A stretch of 56,092 nt of DNA, from positions 1-56,092 of IMG/VR virus record IMGVR_UViG_3300037264_000469, one strand, 5' to 3'. This stretch comes from a virus (Duplodnaviria; Caudoviricetes). This document shows positions 19,447 to 28,432 of this stretch, piece after piece. Within the stretch, counting starts at the first letter, position 1. Each line of letters opens with the position of its first letter. Below the pieces are notes generated by a model that had not been told where the DNA came from, did no database searches, and saw only the letters and a program-made list of their open reading frames with translations. Made by a program: the position numbers and the translations under genes.

Positions 19447-22059
19447 TTATGCTGTTGTTTCAATAAATTGAAATGCTTTAATAGCACCTTTTAATGTTGG
19501 TTTTGCTTGGTAACATCTATGAGTATTAGTCACATACCAAGTTTTTCCTTTAACAATAGATTTCCATATTGCTGGTGTTTCTTCTCCATTTGGTCCGTGA
19601 TGCCAAACCGCTCCAGCATCCATAACAACCTTTCTTTCTTCATCGGTTAAAGGTTTTCTATTATCTTTAAGAGTATTCATTTTCGGAGACTCTACTAATA
19701 ACAATTCCTTCAAAGAAATTCTTTCTAATTGTCTCATTCTTCTTATTTGATCTTGATAATAATTGGGATCAGATTCTCCTTCTGTTGCCGCTGGGTTTGG
19801 TCCAACAGATGTAGGGTCAAATCCTTCTTTTTTAATGTTTTGTTTAACTGCTTCTACAGGTAATGTCTTTAATGGTTTATCATCTGCGAATGCCTCTTTT
19901 CCTTTTAAAGTCATTTTTGGCATCTCATTTAAATTTTCTTGTCTAGTTAAAATAGAAGGAAGTGGAGTTTTCATATGTAACGACAACATTGTATCGGATG
20001 AAATATCATCTCCAGTATGATGTATTAACATAGATGTATTTACATTATAATTATTCTTTAAATATTTATTGACTTCTGCTTTGTCTTCTTCTTCCGGACG
20101 TTCCCACCAAAAAACATAATTTGTAGATATTTTATGTCTCCATTTTTTATCGTCGTAACTATCATGAAAATGCTTATGATTTTTATTTAATTCAACATTT
20201 TTGATATTATAATGTGGTCCCATAGAACCAGCTAAAACATCATTATTTTGTACTGTATAAATTTGTGGGCTTTCTTTTAATATTTTACTGGAACTCTCAA
20301 AATCTACTGTCCATCGTCCAACACTTTTTGGATCATCTTCCGGTTTGCCTGCACCATATCCTTCTTCATAAAATCTTTTTAATGCTACATCATCCCCGAA
20401 TTCAAATTTTAATAATCGTACTAATTCGTCTGGAACGTCATCTATGTTTTGGGATTGCAATTTAGGATCATGTACTCCACCTAAACTAGCTACAGTAACG
20501 ATATTTTTTTTGACATCATATCTTCCACAATAATCTGCATTATATGTAGGCAAAATATATGTGTGCCAATATGCAGGACCTTCTCCTTTTGTTTTTATTT
20601 TTGTCAATGATTCCCCCCGACTCCATTTCCACAAATAATCTCCTTTATTATGACCAAAATCCATATAGACTCCTTCATTGACAGGTGCATTTATTAAACT
20701 AATTCTTTTTCTAATTTCATTATCAATTTTATTATAAAATTCTAGCTCATCTTCAAGTTGTTTTTCTATTGAAGGAGTTAAGTGTTGTTGTCCCTTACCT
20801 TTTATAAAATAACGATGACTTCTTCCTATTTTATCTCTAAGTGCTTTTAAGTTATCCAATGTAAGTTTATCCCATGGTATATTCGTAGTAGAAACATATG
20901 TGGGAGGTTGAGGATGTCTTGCTCTTAAATCTTTTTGGGTTACTTCATCTACTTTTTCTAATTGTCCCCAATCTCCAACTATATCTTGGTCAAAATAAAA
21001 TAAATCCAATATTTTATATGTTCTAAAGAATGGGTGGGATTTAATGTAATTATCTATTTCTGAATTATGATACCATTTAGTGTGTCTAGTGGCATCGGTT
21101 ACCATTACACTAACACCTTTAGGTTCAATAAATAATTGAAGAGGAAGCATATCTTTCATACTTCCCATATTAACCAAATTTTGCATAGCGGTATAATGAT
21201 ATGCTTTATCTCTATCCCAAATATAAATTTCCGATCCTAATAATATTGCGCCAACTTGAGTATGCCGCTCACAATCTTTTATTTCTCTTCGAGATGGATT
21301 TCTAAAAATCTCCACATAATTTTGTTCTCCTCTCATGTTGGTAGTAAAAGAACTATGAAATCTCTCATTTACAGATTTAGGGAGAGACAATTCTTTATCA
21401 TATGTTGCATTAACTGCATTTTTTAGTTTTTTCATTATACCTCTAGAACGAAGTATTTTGAATACTATATTTTCCAAACTTAACTCTCCCTTCAGATCTA
21501 ATCCATATTGACGATAAGCATCTATATATTCTTTAACTGACTTCATATAGTCTCGTTCACCAGTTGCAATTGCTTTTTCTATATAATCTTTTAATTGATT
21601 ATATTTTGATACAATTGCTACTCTATTTAGGGACAAATTTTTTTGTTGTGGTACTCTAATCCATTTATCTTTTGCAATAGAATAAATTCCGGTTACATGT
21701 GGTTTTGTATCGAAAATAGGTTGAATATTAATTTCAACTGGATGCCCGCTGATTTCTATATTATGTTCTTCATTCCATCGTGACGCGGCTGTTCTGGTTA
21801 CTTCTTTTGCAGTTTCCGGTGGCATTTGAAGTTGATTAAAATCAATCAATACATGAATATCTAAATCACTGTCGGGCGTCCAGTTGTAATTTGCCGCCGA
21901 TCCTATTAAATAAATATCCTTTATCGGCGCTTTAAATTCCGACTTTTCATAAAAATCTTTGGCAATTTTTAATAACCGGATCCTTACATTAGAGTCTAAT
22001 TTATTATCTTTCCATAATAATGGACATAGATTTTTATTATAAAGTCGTACTTTACTCAT
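19447..22059 (-). CDS. 870-aa multidomain protein with N-terminal Pol-beta-superfamily nucleotidyltransferase
   Basis: LIGSAANYNW...SDLDIH (hGS plus DxD), ENIVFK.LR; followed by unrelated short modules. Confidence 0.8.
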   Translation of the reverse strand: MSKVRLYNKNLCPLLWKDNKLDSNVRIRLLKIAKDFYEKSEFKAPIKDIYLIGSAANYNWTPDSDLDIHVLIDFNQLQMPPETAKEVTRTAASRWNEEHNIEISGHPVEINIQPIFDTKPHVTGIYSIAKDKWIRVPQQKNLSLNRVAIVSKYNQLKDYIEKAIATGERDYMKSVKEYIDAYRQYGLDLKGELSLENIVFKILRSRGIMKKLKNAVNATYDKELSLPKSVNERFHSSFTTNMRGEQNYVEIFRNPSRREIKDCERHTQVGAILLGSEIYIWDRDKAYHYTAMQNLVNMGSMKDMLPLQLFIEPKGVSVMVTDATRHTKWYHNSEIDNYIKSHPFFRTYKILDLFYFDQDIVGDWGQLEKVDEVTQKDLRARHPQPPTYVSTTNIPWDKLTLDNLKALRDKIGRSHRYFIKGKGQQHLTPSIEKQLEDELEFYNKIDNEIRKRISLINAPVNEGVYMDFGHNKGDYLWKWSRGESLTKIKTKGEGPAYWHTYILPTYNADYCGRYDVKKNIVTVASLGGVHDPKLQSQNIDDVPDELVRLLKFEFGDDVALKRFYEEGYGAGKPEDDPKSVGRWTVDFESSSKILKESPQIYTVQNNDVLAGSMGPHYNIKNVELNKNHKHFHDSYDDKKWRHKISTNYVFWWERPEEEDKAEVNKYLKNNYNVNTSMLIHHTGDDISSDTMLSLHMKTPLPSILTRQENLNEMPKMTLKGKEAFADDKPLKTLPVEAVKQNIKKEGFDPTSVGPNPAATEGESDPNYYQDQIRRMRQLERISLKELLLVESPKMNTLKDNRKPLTDEERKVVMDAGAVWHHGPNGEETPAIWKSIVKGKTWYVTNTHRCYQAKPTLKGAIKAFQFIETTA

Positions 22060-22099
22060 TTATTATATATAGTTTTTTATTTATATATTGTATAATTTT

Positions 22100-23830
22100 T
22101 TAGGGAGATTCGTTTTTCATAACACGAATTTGTTCTAATGCCTCAGCAAGTTGTTGTCTAATTTCTGCACATTCATCCGGAGGCATCTCGGTTAATTGAT
22201 ACGGTCCAATGTCCCACGCCTTATCAATACTTCGGGGAAGTCCATCCAAATCAACATTAAGCATCGGAGCAATTTCAACCCACGAAGTAAGATTTGTTCC
22301 TTTACCCAAGGCAACGACATCATTAGTTTGAAGATGAAAATCGTATGGTGGAGTGCGGGCGGCATATAAATTATAAAGAGGTAATTGACTAGAATTATGT
22401 TTGAATGGTGAAACGGCATTTAGTGCTTCCGCATTATTCCAAGGTCGATTACCCATATATCTAATTTTACTACTCGGTCCCGAAACTATATTATAATCAA
22501 ACATCCACTTGTCATAATCAATATTAGATGGTTGTAAATTTGTAGATGCTAAACTAACACCTGTAGCATCATCAAGATGATCATTACATCCAATTACAGC
22601 ATTATTTAAAAAATAACAATTCGTAATAGTATAAAAATCATTTGTACCTCTGGCTTTATCCGACTTGTAATGAAATGTATGTCCTATTGCTGACGACTTC
22701 CATATATGCCATAAATTATTAGCAATGAACAAATTAGTAATAATAACATTGGTATTATGTTTGTTTGGAGACCACCAAGCATCAAAAAGAAAAATGAACC
22801 CAGTCTCAGTTGGAACTTTTTCATTAATAAATAAATTATTATAAAGAAGAAAATTGCCATTAATTGGATTTGACATTTGTGCATAAGCTAAACTAGCATA
22901 ATAATTTTCTCCCGGCGAAAAATCAACAATAATATTATGATGAATGCGATAATTAGATCCCCACGTTTGAAAACAATCCGGATGCCCTCCATCGCCTGCC
23001 GCATCCCATCCGTCTATAATACAACGATAGATATCTGCACCCCCACCCCCAATTTGCATAGCATCATTTCCAACTTTTGTTATAATTGTATCATGAACAA
23101 TCAAATCATCAAATCTATTAGGTTGAATGCCCGATCCCCGATTGATGCCATCTCCCCAATGCTGTTCATGAATCCAACAATACCCAATTTCTGCTAATCG
23201 TGTATCGCCATTAATATGAATTCCATGTTTTTGACCTGTGGTTTGTTCTCCACAACGATATGTCATTGTCCATAAAATTTTATTCCCAGTCGTCGATCCT
23301 CGCATATATATTCCAGGCCCGGTCGGATTCTGAAGATGAATACCTATATTATTTGTAATTTGCCATAAATCGTGAACTGATGGGGGAACATTAAATAATG
23401 GATTAATTGCACCATTAATATGTATCCAACTATAATTACTAAAAGATACTGCTCTCAAATATACATGTCCTCTACGAATTGGATCGGTTGCGAGTTGGAT
23501 TGTTAATGGTGCATCACTAGTACCACCTTTATTAATTGTCAACGCTTCACTACCAAAATTACCAGCAGCCAATTCAATAACATCGCCGGGACGAATCTGA
23601 GTCCAAATAATATTACTAAACGCCTTCCATGGACTATCCCATGAAAGACCATTACCATTCTCACCTGTATACATAGGATCTATATGCCATGTGGTAGTAA
23701 AACAGGAAATAGGAAATAAAATAATTCCCGCAATTCCTATAATTAAAAATTTGTTAAATTTCCTGTTGAAACTTTTTATTAACTCTTTACAATTATCGAA
23801 AAGATAATAGACAATTTTTTTATTTTTCAT
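22100..23830 (-). CDS. right-handed beta-helix (pectate-lyase-like) protein with N-terminal hydrophobic segment
   Basis: G.G.SW..PW, PGD.I.L..G, DG I/H.D..Q, NN-ladder repeats, C-terminal DFHL...DLDG.PR....WDIGPYQ. Confidence 0.75.
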   Translation of the reverse strand: MKNKKIVYYLFDNCKELIKSFNRKFNKFLIIGIAGIILFPISCFTTTWHIDPMYTGENGNGLSWDSPWKAFSNIIWTQIRPGDVIELAAGNFGSEALTINKGGTSDAPLTIQLATDPIRRGHVYLRAVSFSNYSWIHINGAINPLFNVPPSVHDLWQITNNIGIHLQNPTGPGIYMRGSTTGNKILWTMTYRCGEQTTGQKHGIHINGDTRLAEIGYCWIHEQHWGDGINRGSGIQPNRFDDLIVHDTIITKVGNDAMQIGGGGADIYRCIIDGWDAAGDGGHPDCFQTWGSNYRIHHNIIVDFSPGENYYASLAYAQMSNPINGNFLLYNNLFINEKVPTETGFIFLFDAWWSPNKHNTNVIITNLFIANNLWHIWKSSAIGHTFHYKSDKARGTNDFYTITNCYFLNNAVIGCNDHLDDATGVSLASTNLQPSNIDYDKWMFDYNIVSGPSSKIRYMGNRPWNNAEALNAVSPFKHNSSQLPLYNLYAARTPPYDFHLQTNDVVALGKGTNLTSWVEIAPMLNVDLDGLPRSIDKAWDIGPYQLTEMPPDECAEIRQQLAEALEQIRVMKNESP

Positions 23831-23881
23831 AATATTTTTATTTATTTTTGTTATTTTGTTTAAGTTATATAATGTAATGTT

Positions 23882-24520
23882 TTATCTCCATGTAGCAGTA
23901 GATACATTCGTGGATAACATTATATCATCCTCCGATTGAGGCAATTCTTCCTTAAATGTTTTTCGTTTCATTATTCGCCTTGCCACTTCAAATAATGAAG
24001 GATTTATTATATCTTGAAGTGCATCTATTGTTTTCCTATAATTCCTCGAATTATGCAATATACCAGTTCCACCTGAATTATTCCATTCAGCAATGTTTGT
24101 TGGGTGGTCATCTATCAAAATTCCTGTTTTAGATGCATATTTTTGTTTTAAGTGTCTGTCCTCAACAATTATTATATCTTCCTTATTTATTTGAGAGAGT
24201 TCTCTAATTAACCATTCTCGTTTACCCTCACTTATCTTGGCGTGCTGGTCTTTCCTTTCTTTACTGCCTGTACTGGATAAAATACGAGGATTCCTGAATA
24301 ATAACCTACAATCCTCGTATAATTCCTTCCCACCATGTATCCAATCTAAATTGGACCAAAATTCTTTTCCTTGGTTTAGAAATTTTTCAACTGCGAATGG
24401 TTTACCACGTTCTTCCTCTACTTCTTCAAAACTTTGTCCATCGGCTATCTTTTTATATCCATTGTTAAAATCAACTAAAACTCCGTCCATATCTAAAAAT
24501 ACGGTGTATTTTTCATTCAT
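23882..24520 (-). CDS. HAD-family 5'(3')-deoxyribonucleotidase
   Basis: FLDMDGVLVDF, FW..L, K..W, LIDD...NI.EW...GG.GI.H. Confidence 0.85.
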   Translation of the reverse strand: MNEKYTVFLDMDGVLVDFNNGYKKIADGQSFEEVEEERGKPFAVEKFLNQGKEFWSNLDWIHGGKELYEDCRLLFRNPRILSSTGSKERKDQHAKISEGKREWLIRELSQINKEDIIIVEDRHLKQKYASKTGILIDDHPTNIAEWNNSGGTGILHNSRNYRKTIDALQDIINPSLFEVARRIMKRKTFKEELPQSEDDIMLSTNVSTATWR

Positions 24521-24554
24521 ATATGTATAAATACTTTATTCTCATTATAATATC

Positions 24555-24582
24555 TTGACAATATTCTATTATAGATTATACT
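24555..24582 (+). promoter_or_regulatory. sigma70-type promoter with no downstream plus-strand gene
   Basis: TTGACA-N16-TATACT. Confidence 0.5.
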
Positions 24583-24700
24583 CGAATTCGAGTATTAATC
24601 GAATAATAAATTAATAATTAATTCGATAATAATCGAATATTCGAATTAATAATCCTAATTAATTAAATTCGAAAAAACAAATGGATTAATAATCGAATTC
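24578..24700. repeat. AT-rich array of 8 TCGA sites, including 18-bp and 12-bp perfect palindromes
   Basis: ATACTCGAATTCGAGTAT (24578-24595), TCGAATATTCGA (24633-24644), repeated TAATAATCGAAT. Confidence 0.75.
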
Positions 24701-27700
24701 TTAAATTCTTTAATAGAAGTTGGATGTTTTTTCTTTGCTTTATTTATGAGTCCCATCAATAATTTTCGTTTTTCTTCATCGGAAATACCAGGATCCTTCA
24801 ATTTTTTATTATGTGCTCCTTTAAGACTAATAAAATAATTAACTTGACCTAAAGTATCAAGTGGTGGCAAACCACCAGCAGATAAAGCAGTATTTACATT
24901 TTTAATTACCTTTTCAGCATGAGAAGGTTCTTCTTCAGATTTTTCTGGTGGTTCTTCTTTCTTTGTTTTAGGAGATTTTGTTATTGAAGAGGATGCAACG
25001 AAACTAGCCTTACTAGAATCCCAACGATTTCCCTTAGACATGTTTTGTTGCCATACCTTTTCCGGTAAGTCGGCGGGCATTGCCTCATCCCCAAATTTCC
25101 CTCTAAAATCCTGACGCAATTGAGCGGTTAATTCTTTATTTCCACTTGACAGTGCTTTTGAATATTGCTTTACTACTTCGTTAAAGTTATTTTTGAAATC
25201 CTCAAAAGCCGGATCATCAATGGAAACTTTGGGGGGTGTCGTTGGTTTTGATGGTTCTTCCTCGGGAGGTAATTCTCCTGTACTCATAAATCCTTTTTCT
25301 TGTAACTTCCACATACCATCATCTTGATAAACTTTTGCTGGGTGAAATATACGAATATTTTTTGGACTAACACCTCCGGTTGCATTATATCCTTTAAAAG
25401 TTGAAAATCTATCGGCGTTGTCAGCTTTAGGAACAATATAATAATTATTACCAGCTACTATAAGAAAGCAGCGTTGTGGAGAAGTTTCTGGTACTTTCGT
25501 TCTCCAAAAGTCTCCAAAAGTTGAACTAGAAGACCATACCTCGTGTATGCTACTAAAACTTGAAACGGTTTCTTCCAATCTATTTTTTAGAAAATAATCA
25601 CCCCATTCAGGACCACCACTTTTTGCATAAGATAGAAATGCCTCTGCAACTTCTGAGTCAACAGAAGATTTTGTCACTGGTTTTTTTGGTGGTACTCCAC
25701 CGGAGGGAGTTCCACTAAGAGGAACTGAAGCAGGAGGTTCAGCAGAAATTGGATTGCTACTCAACTTCCCGTGGTCCATAGGATCATATCGCAATCCGTT
25801 TCGCTTAACCTTTATCGGTTTTATACCAGACACACTACTAGGAAGAACATTATCAGCACCTTCAATTCTAAACCCTTTTGTATAGGCCCATTTACCATCA
25901 TCATTTACTTTTGGTAGTACGAAAGAATCATTTCCTACTTCAACCAAAAAGTATTCCCCTGCCGACGCTGGAGGTCTTTTCTCATTAAAATGTAGAGTAT
26001 CATCGGCTGTTGGATGCCAAACTGTTTTTACTGTTGCCGATGGAAGTCTCTTTTTAACTTCTGCCTCCAATGCTTCAATACTCCAATAACTCCCCTTAGC
26101 ATAAGATACTCCAGATTCTCCAACGGCTGCGGCAGTATTAGAAGCAGCAGGAGGTGTTGAAGTGAGGGGTGCTGTTGGTTTTGTTGGAGTTCCGGTGAGA
26201 GGAGTTGTAGGAGGTGCTGTTGGTTTTGTTGGAGTTCCGGTGAGAGGAGTTGTAGGAGGTGCTGTTGGTTTTGTTGGAGTTCCGGTGAGAGGAGTTGCAG
26301 ATTTTGGAGGAGTTCCTGCTAATTTAGTAGCTTTTGTTACTAAATCTCCAGAATTTGCATCTTTACCCAACATTTCAACCGCCATATAGACATATTTTTC
26401 TGAATCTTCTTTATTAAATCCCAGTGTTTGCATGGCCTTTATAGCATCGTCTATATTCGGTTTCTTTTTACCTTTAAATTCCATACGTTTACGGTCAATA
26501 GTAGCTACTACTGCTCTTTGAAATTGATCAGTTAATACATTTAAATTAGGAAGAGTTTTTAAAGCTTGTTCTAATATAGGTACTTCTTTAGTTATAATAC
26601 TAGATAATGAAAATTTCTTTCCTTCGGGACTTCTAGAATCAACGTGATGATCAAAAAATCTGAAAATAGGTATTATAATATTTTCTTTTTTTGCATGTGA
26701 ATATAATGAAATATATATTTCATTATAGTGGGCATGTTTTTTATCTGCTGAATGATGTCGTGTTCTTAAATAAACATCAACTTTTCTTGGAATTCCACCA
26801 AGATTTACTTCAAAATTACCTATTGGAATATCAAACGTTCTAAATTTTCTATATTTATAATGAAATCTATGTAAAAATTCATTTTCTGGAGGTTCCGGAA
26901 GATCTTTAATTCTTTCTTTTTCTTTTTTCTCATCGTCTTCATCACTTTCCGTGACTGTATCAGACATTGTTTTTTCTGGCGGTTCCGACAACGGATCGTC
27001 AAAATAATCATCGGGCATTGCGTGATGTTTTTTCTTTTCCGCTTCCCATTCGGGATCATCCCATTCGGTTGGAAGTTTATCAGCAGTAAAATATAAGCCA
27101 GATCTTTTTGTATCTTTTTTAACTGCATTAACAAAAGATTCTATTGTTTTTGTAATAACTTGTTTTACAAATTCTAAATTTTCATTGTCTTCCGTAGATG
27201 TTGGGGTTCCTTTAACTATTGGTCCTGCCGAAGGTATTGTTGTTGGGACGGTAACCGGTGGAGTTATTGATGGGGGAGGAGCAGTTAATCTAACTAATGC
27301 TCCACCTGTTAATGGTTCCAGCACATTTTGTAATATTTTACTTTTATTGGGATCTCCGAGAAGTTTGGTTTTAATTTCTTGGTTAGAAAAATTTGTGGTT
27401 TTTTTAGTATCTTGAACAAACTGTGTAAATAATTGTTCCAATCTATCTTTGTACGCCGCAATGATTTTTTTTGTGTCACCGCTGGCGAGTGCTTTTACTA
27501 AAGATGGATGTCTTAAAAATCCTTTTAATCCTTGTTCATCTACTTGTTTTGGACCAGTTTGTGTATACTTAAATGGTTCAATAGGCGTTGACCCCGGAGT
27601 ACCATATCTTCGTGGTGTCAATAAACTTTTTACCGCTGCTTTCGAAAATTGAGGTTTAAGTGAAGTACGAATTTCCCTTTCTAATCTTTCAAACAATTTA

Positions 27701-27969
27701 ATTGTTTCTTTTTCACTTGAAGTAAGATCTTTTAATTTTCTTGTTGAAGGAGCAACATGTTGATTAAAATCCTGAGCTAAATCTCCTACATTTGTTAGAA
27801 GCGAATTCCATAGAGAATCAACCTTAGTATCATCTACAGTTTTTATTCCCTTACCTGTAACCGATTTATATTGTTGAATCTTGGATGCTCCTAAAGCTTT
27901 AATTCTATCCCATAATCCCTCGGCTATATAAGGAGACCCCGCAAGATGTGTTCTATAATTATTATCCAT
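24655..27969 (-). CDS. 1104-aa hypothetical modular protein with Pro/Thr linkers, a RuvA-C-like helical domain and a duplicated domain
   Basis: DAIKAMQTLGF..EDSE...SGDLVTKA; two copies of W...FL..VGN...V.PK....KG; TATTTATA upstream. Confidence 0.75.
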   Translation of the reverse strand: MDNNYRTHLAGSPYIAEGLWDRIKALGASKIQQYKSVTGKGIKTVDDTKVDSLWNSLLTNVGDLAQDFNQHVAPSTRKLKDLTSSEKETIKLFERLEREIRTSLKPQFSKAAVKSLLTPRRYGTPGSTPIEPFKYTQTGPKQVDEQGLKGFLRHPSLVKALASGDTKKIIAAYKDRLEQLFTQFVQDTKKTTNFSNQEIKTKLLGDPNKSKILQNVLEPLTGGALVRLTAPPPSITPPVTVPTTIPSAGPIVKGTPTSTEDNENLEFVKQVITKTIESFVNAVKKDTKRSGLYFTADKLPTEWDDPEWEAEKKKHHAMPDDYFDDPLSEPPEKTMSDTVTESDEDDEKKEKERIKDLPEPPENEFLHRFHYKYRKFRTFDIPIGNFEVNLGGIPRKVDVYLRTRHHSADKKHAHYNEIYISLYSHAKKENIIIPIFRFFDHHVDSRSPEGKKFSLSSIITKEVPILEQALKTLPNLNVLTDQFQRAVVATIDRKRMEFKGKKKPNIDDAIKAMQTLGFNKEDSEKYVYMAVEMLGKDANSGDLVTKATKLAGTPPKSATPLTGTPTKPTAPPTTPLTGTPTKPTAPPTTPLTGTPTKPTAPLTSTPPAASNTAAAVGESGVSYAKGSYWSIEALEAEVKKRLPSATVKTVWHPTADDTLHFNEKRPPASAGEYFLVEVGNDSFVLPKVNDDGKWAYTKGFRIEGADNVLPSSVSGIKPIKVKRNGLRYDPMDHGKLSSNPISAEPPASVPLSGTPSGGVPPKKPVTKSSVDSEVAEAFLSYAKSGGPEWGDYFLKNRLEETVSSFSSIHEVWSSSSTFGDFWRTKVPETSPQRCFLIVAGNNYYIVPKADNADRFSTFKGYNATGGVSPKNIRIFHPAKVYQDDGMWKLQEKGFMSTGELPPEEEPSKPTTPPKVSIDDPAFEDFKNNFNEVVKQYSKALSSGNKELTAQLRQDFRGKFGDEAMPADLPEKVWQQNMSKGNRWDSSKASFVASSSITKSPKTKKEEPPEKSEEEPSHAEKVIKNVNTALSAGGLPPLDTLGQVNYFISLKGAHNKKLKDPGISDEEKRKLLMGLINKAKKKHPTSIKEFKNSIINPFVFSNLIN
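26168..26297. repeat. 45-bp in-frame tandem repeat, ~2.9 copies (TPLTGTPTKPTAPPT)
   Basis: Identical units start at 26168, 26213 and 26258. Confidence 0.9.
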
Positions 27970-27980
27970 ACTATGTTATA

Positions 27981-28009
27981 AATATATTACATTGAATGCT
28001 TAGTGTCAA
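27981..28009 (-). promoter_or_regulatory. sigma70-type promoter overlapping a TATTTATA motif
   Basis: TTGACA-N17-TATATT upstream of ATG 27969. Confidence 0.55.
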
Positions 28010-28043
28010 AGTTTTATACGCTTCCAATGTGTTTCTAGTTGTC

Positions 28044-28421
28044 TTATTCATCTTCCCCATGAGACTTCCAGAAATTAATATTATCTCGGTTTGCTGGTAT
28101 TATTCTATGTTCTGGGTTGAGTTTCCTGAGATTATCTTTAATCCACCGTTCTACTGATTGTTTCTCTTCATCTGTTGGTGTTTGAAACCCCCACCAATAA
28201 ATAATATTTATATCATGTCTATATCTCCACCGAATTAAGTTCGTATCCGATTCACCCCTCCATTCAGGCGGCAATCCCATCAAATAATTATGATGAGTTT
28301 CGTCTTCCCCCGATTGAATATCAAACGCAATAACTTTGAGATTTGTTCTATTAATCCACCCGAGATATAAAGTGGCATTTTTATTTACTATTTCCTTCAA
28401 TAATGATTTTAACTTAATCAT
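28044..28421 (-). CDS. hypothetical protein (likely start MIKLKSLLKE), paralogous to a module of the 870-aa protein
   Basis: TATTTATA 3 nt upstream of ATG 28421; RWRY...N..YWW...PTDEEK..V..W. Confidence 0.7.
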   Translation of the reverse strand: MIKLKSLLKEIVNKNATLYLGWINRTNLKVIAFDIQSGEDETHHNYLMGLPPEWRGESDTNLIRWRYRHDINIIYWWGFQTPTDEEKQSVERWIKDNLRKLNPEHRIIPANRDNINFWKSHGEDE

Positions 28422-28432
28422 ATCTATAAATA

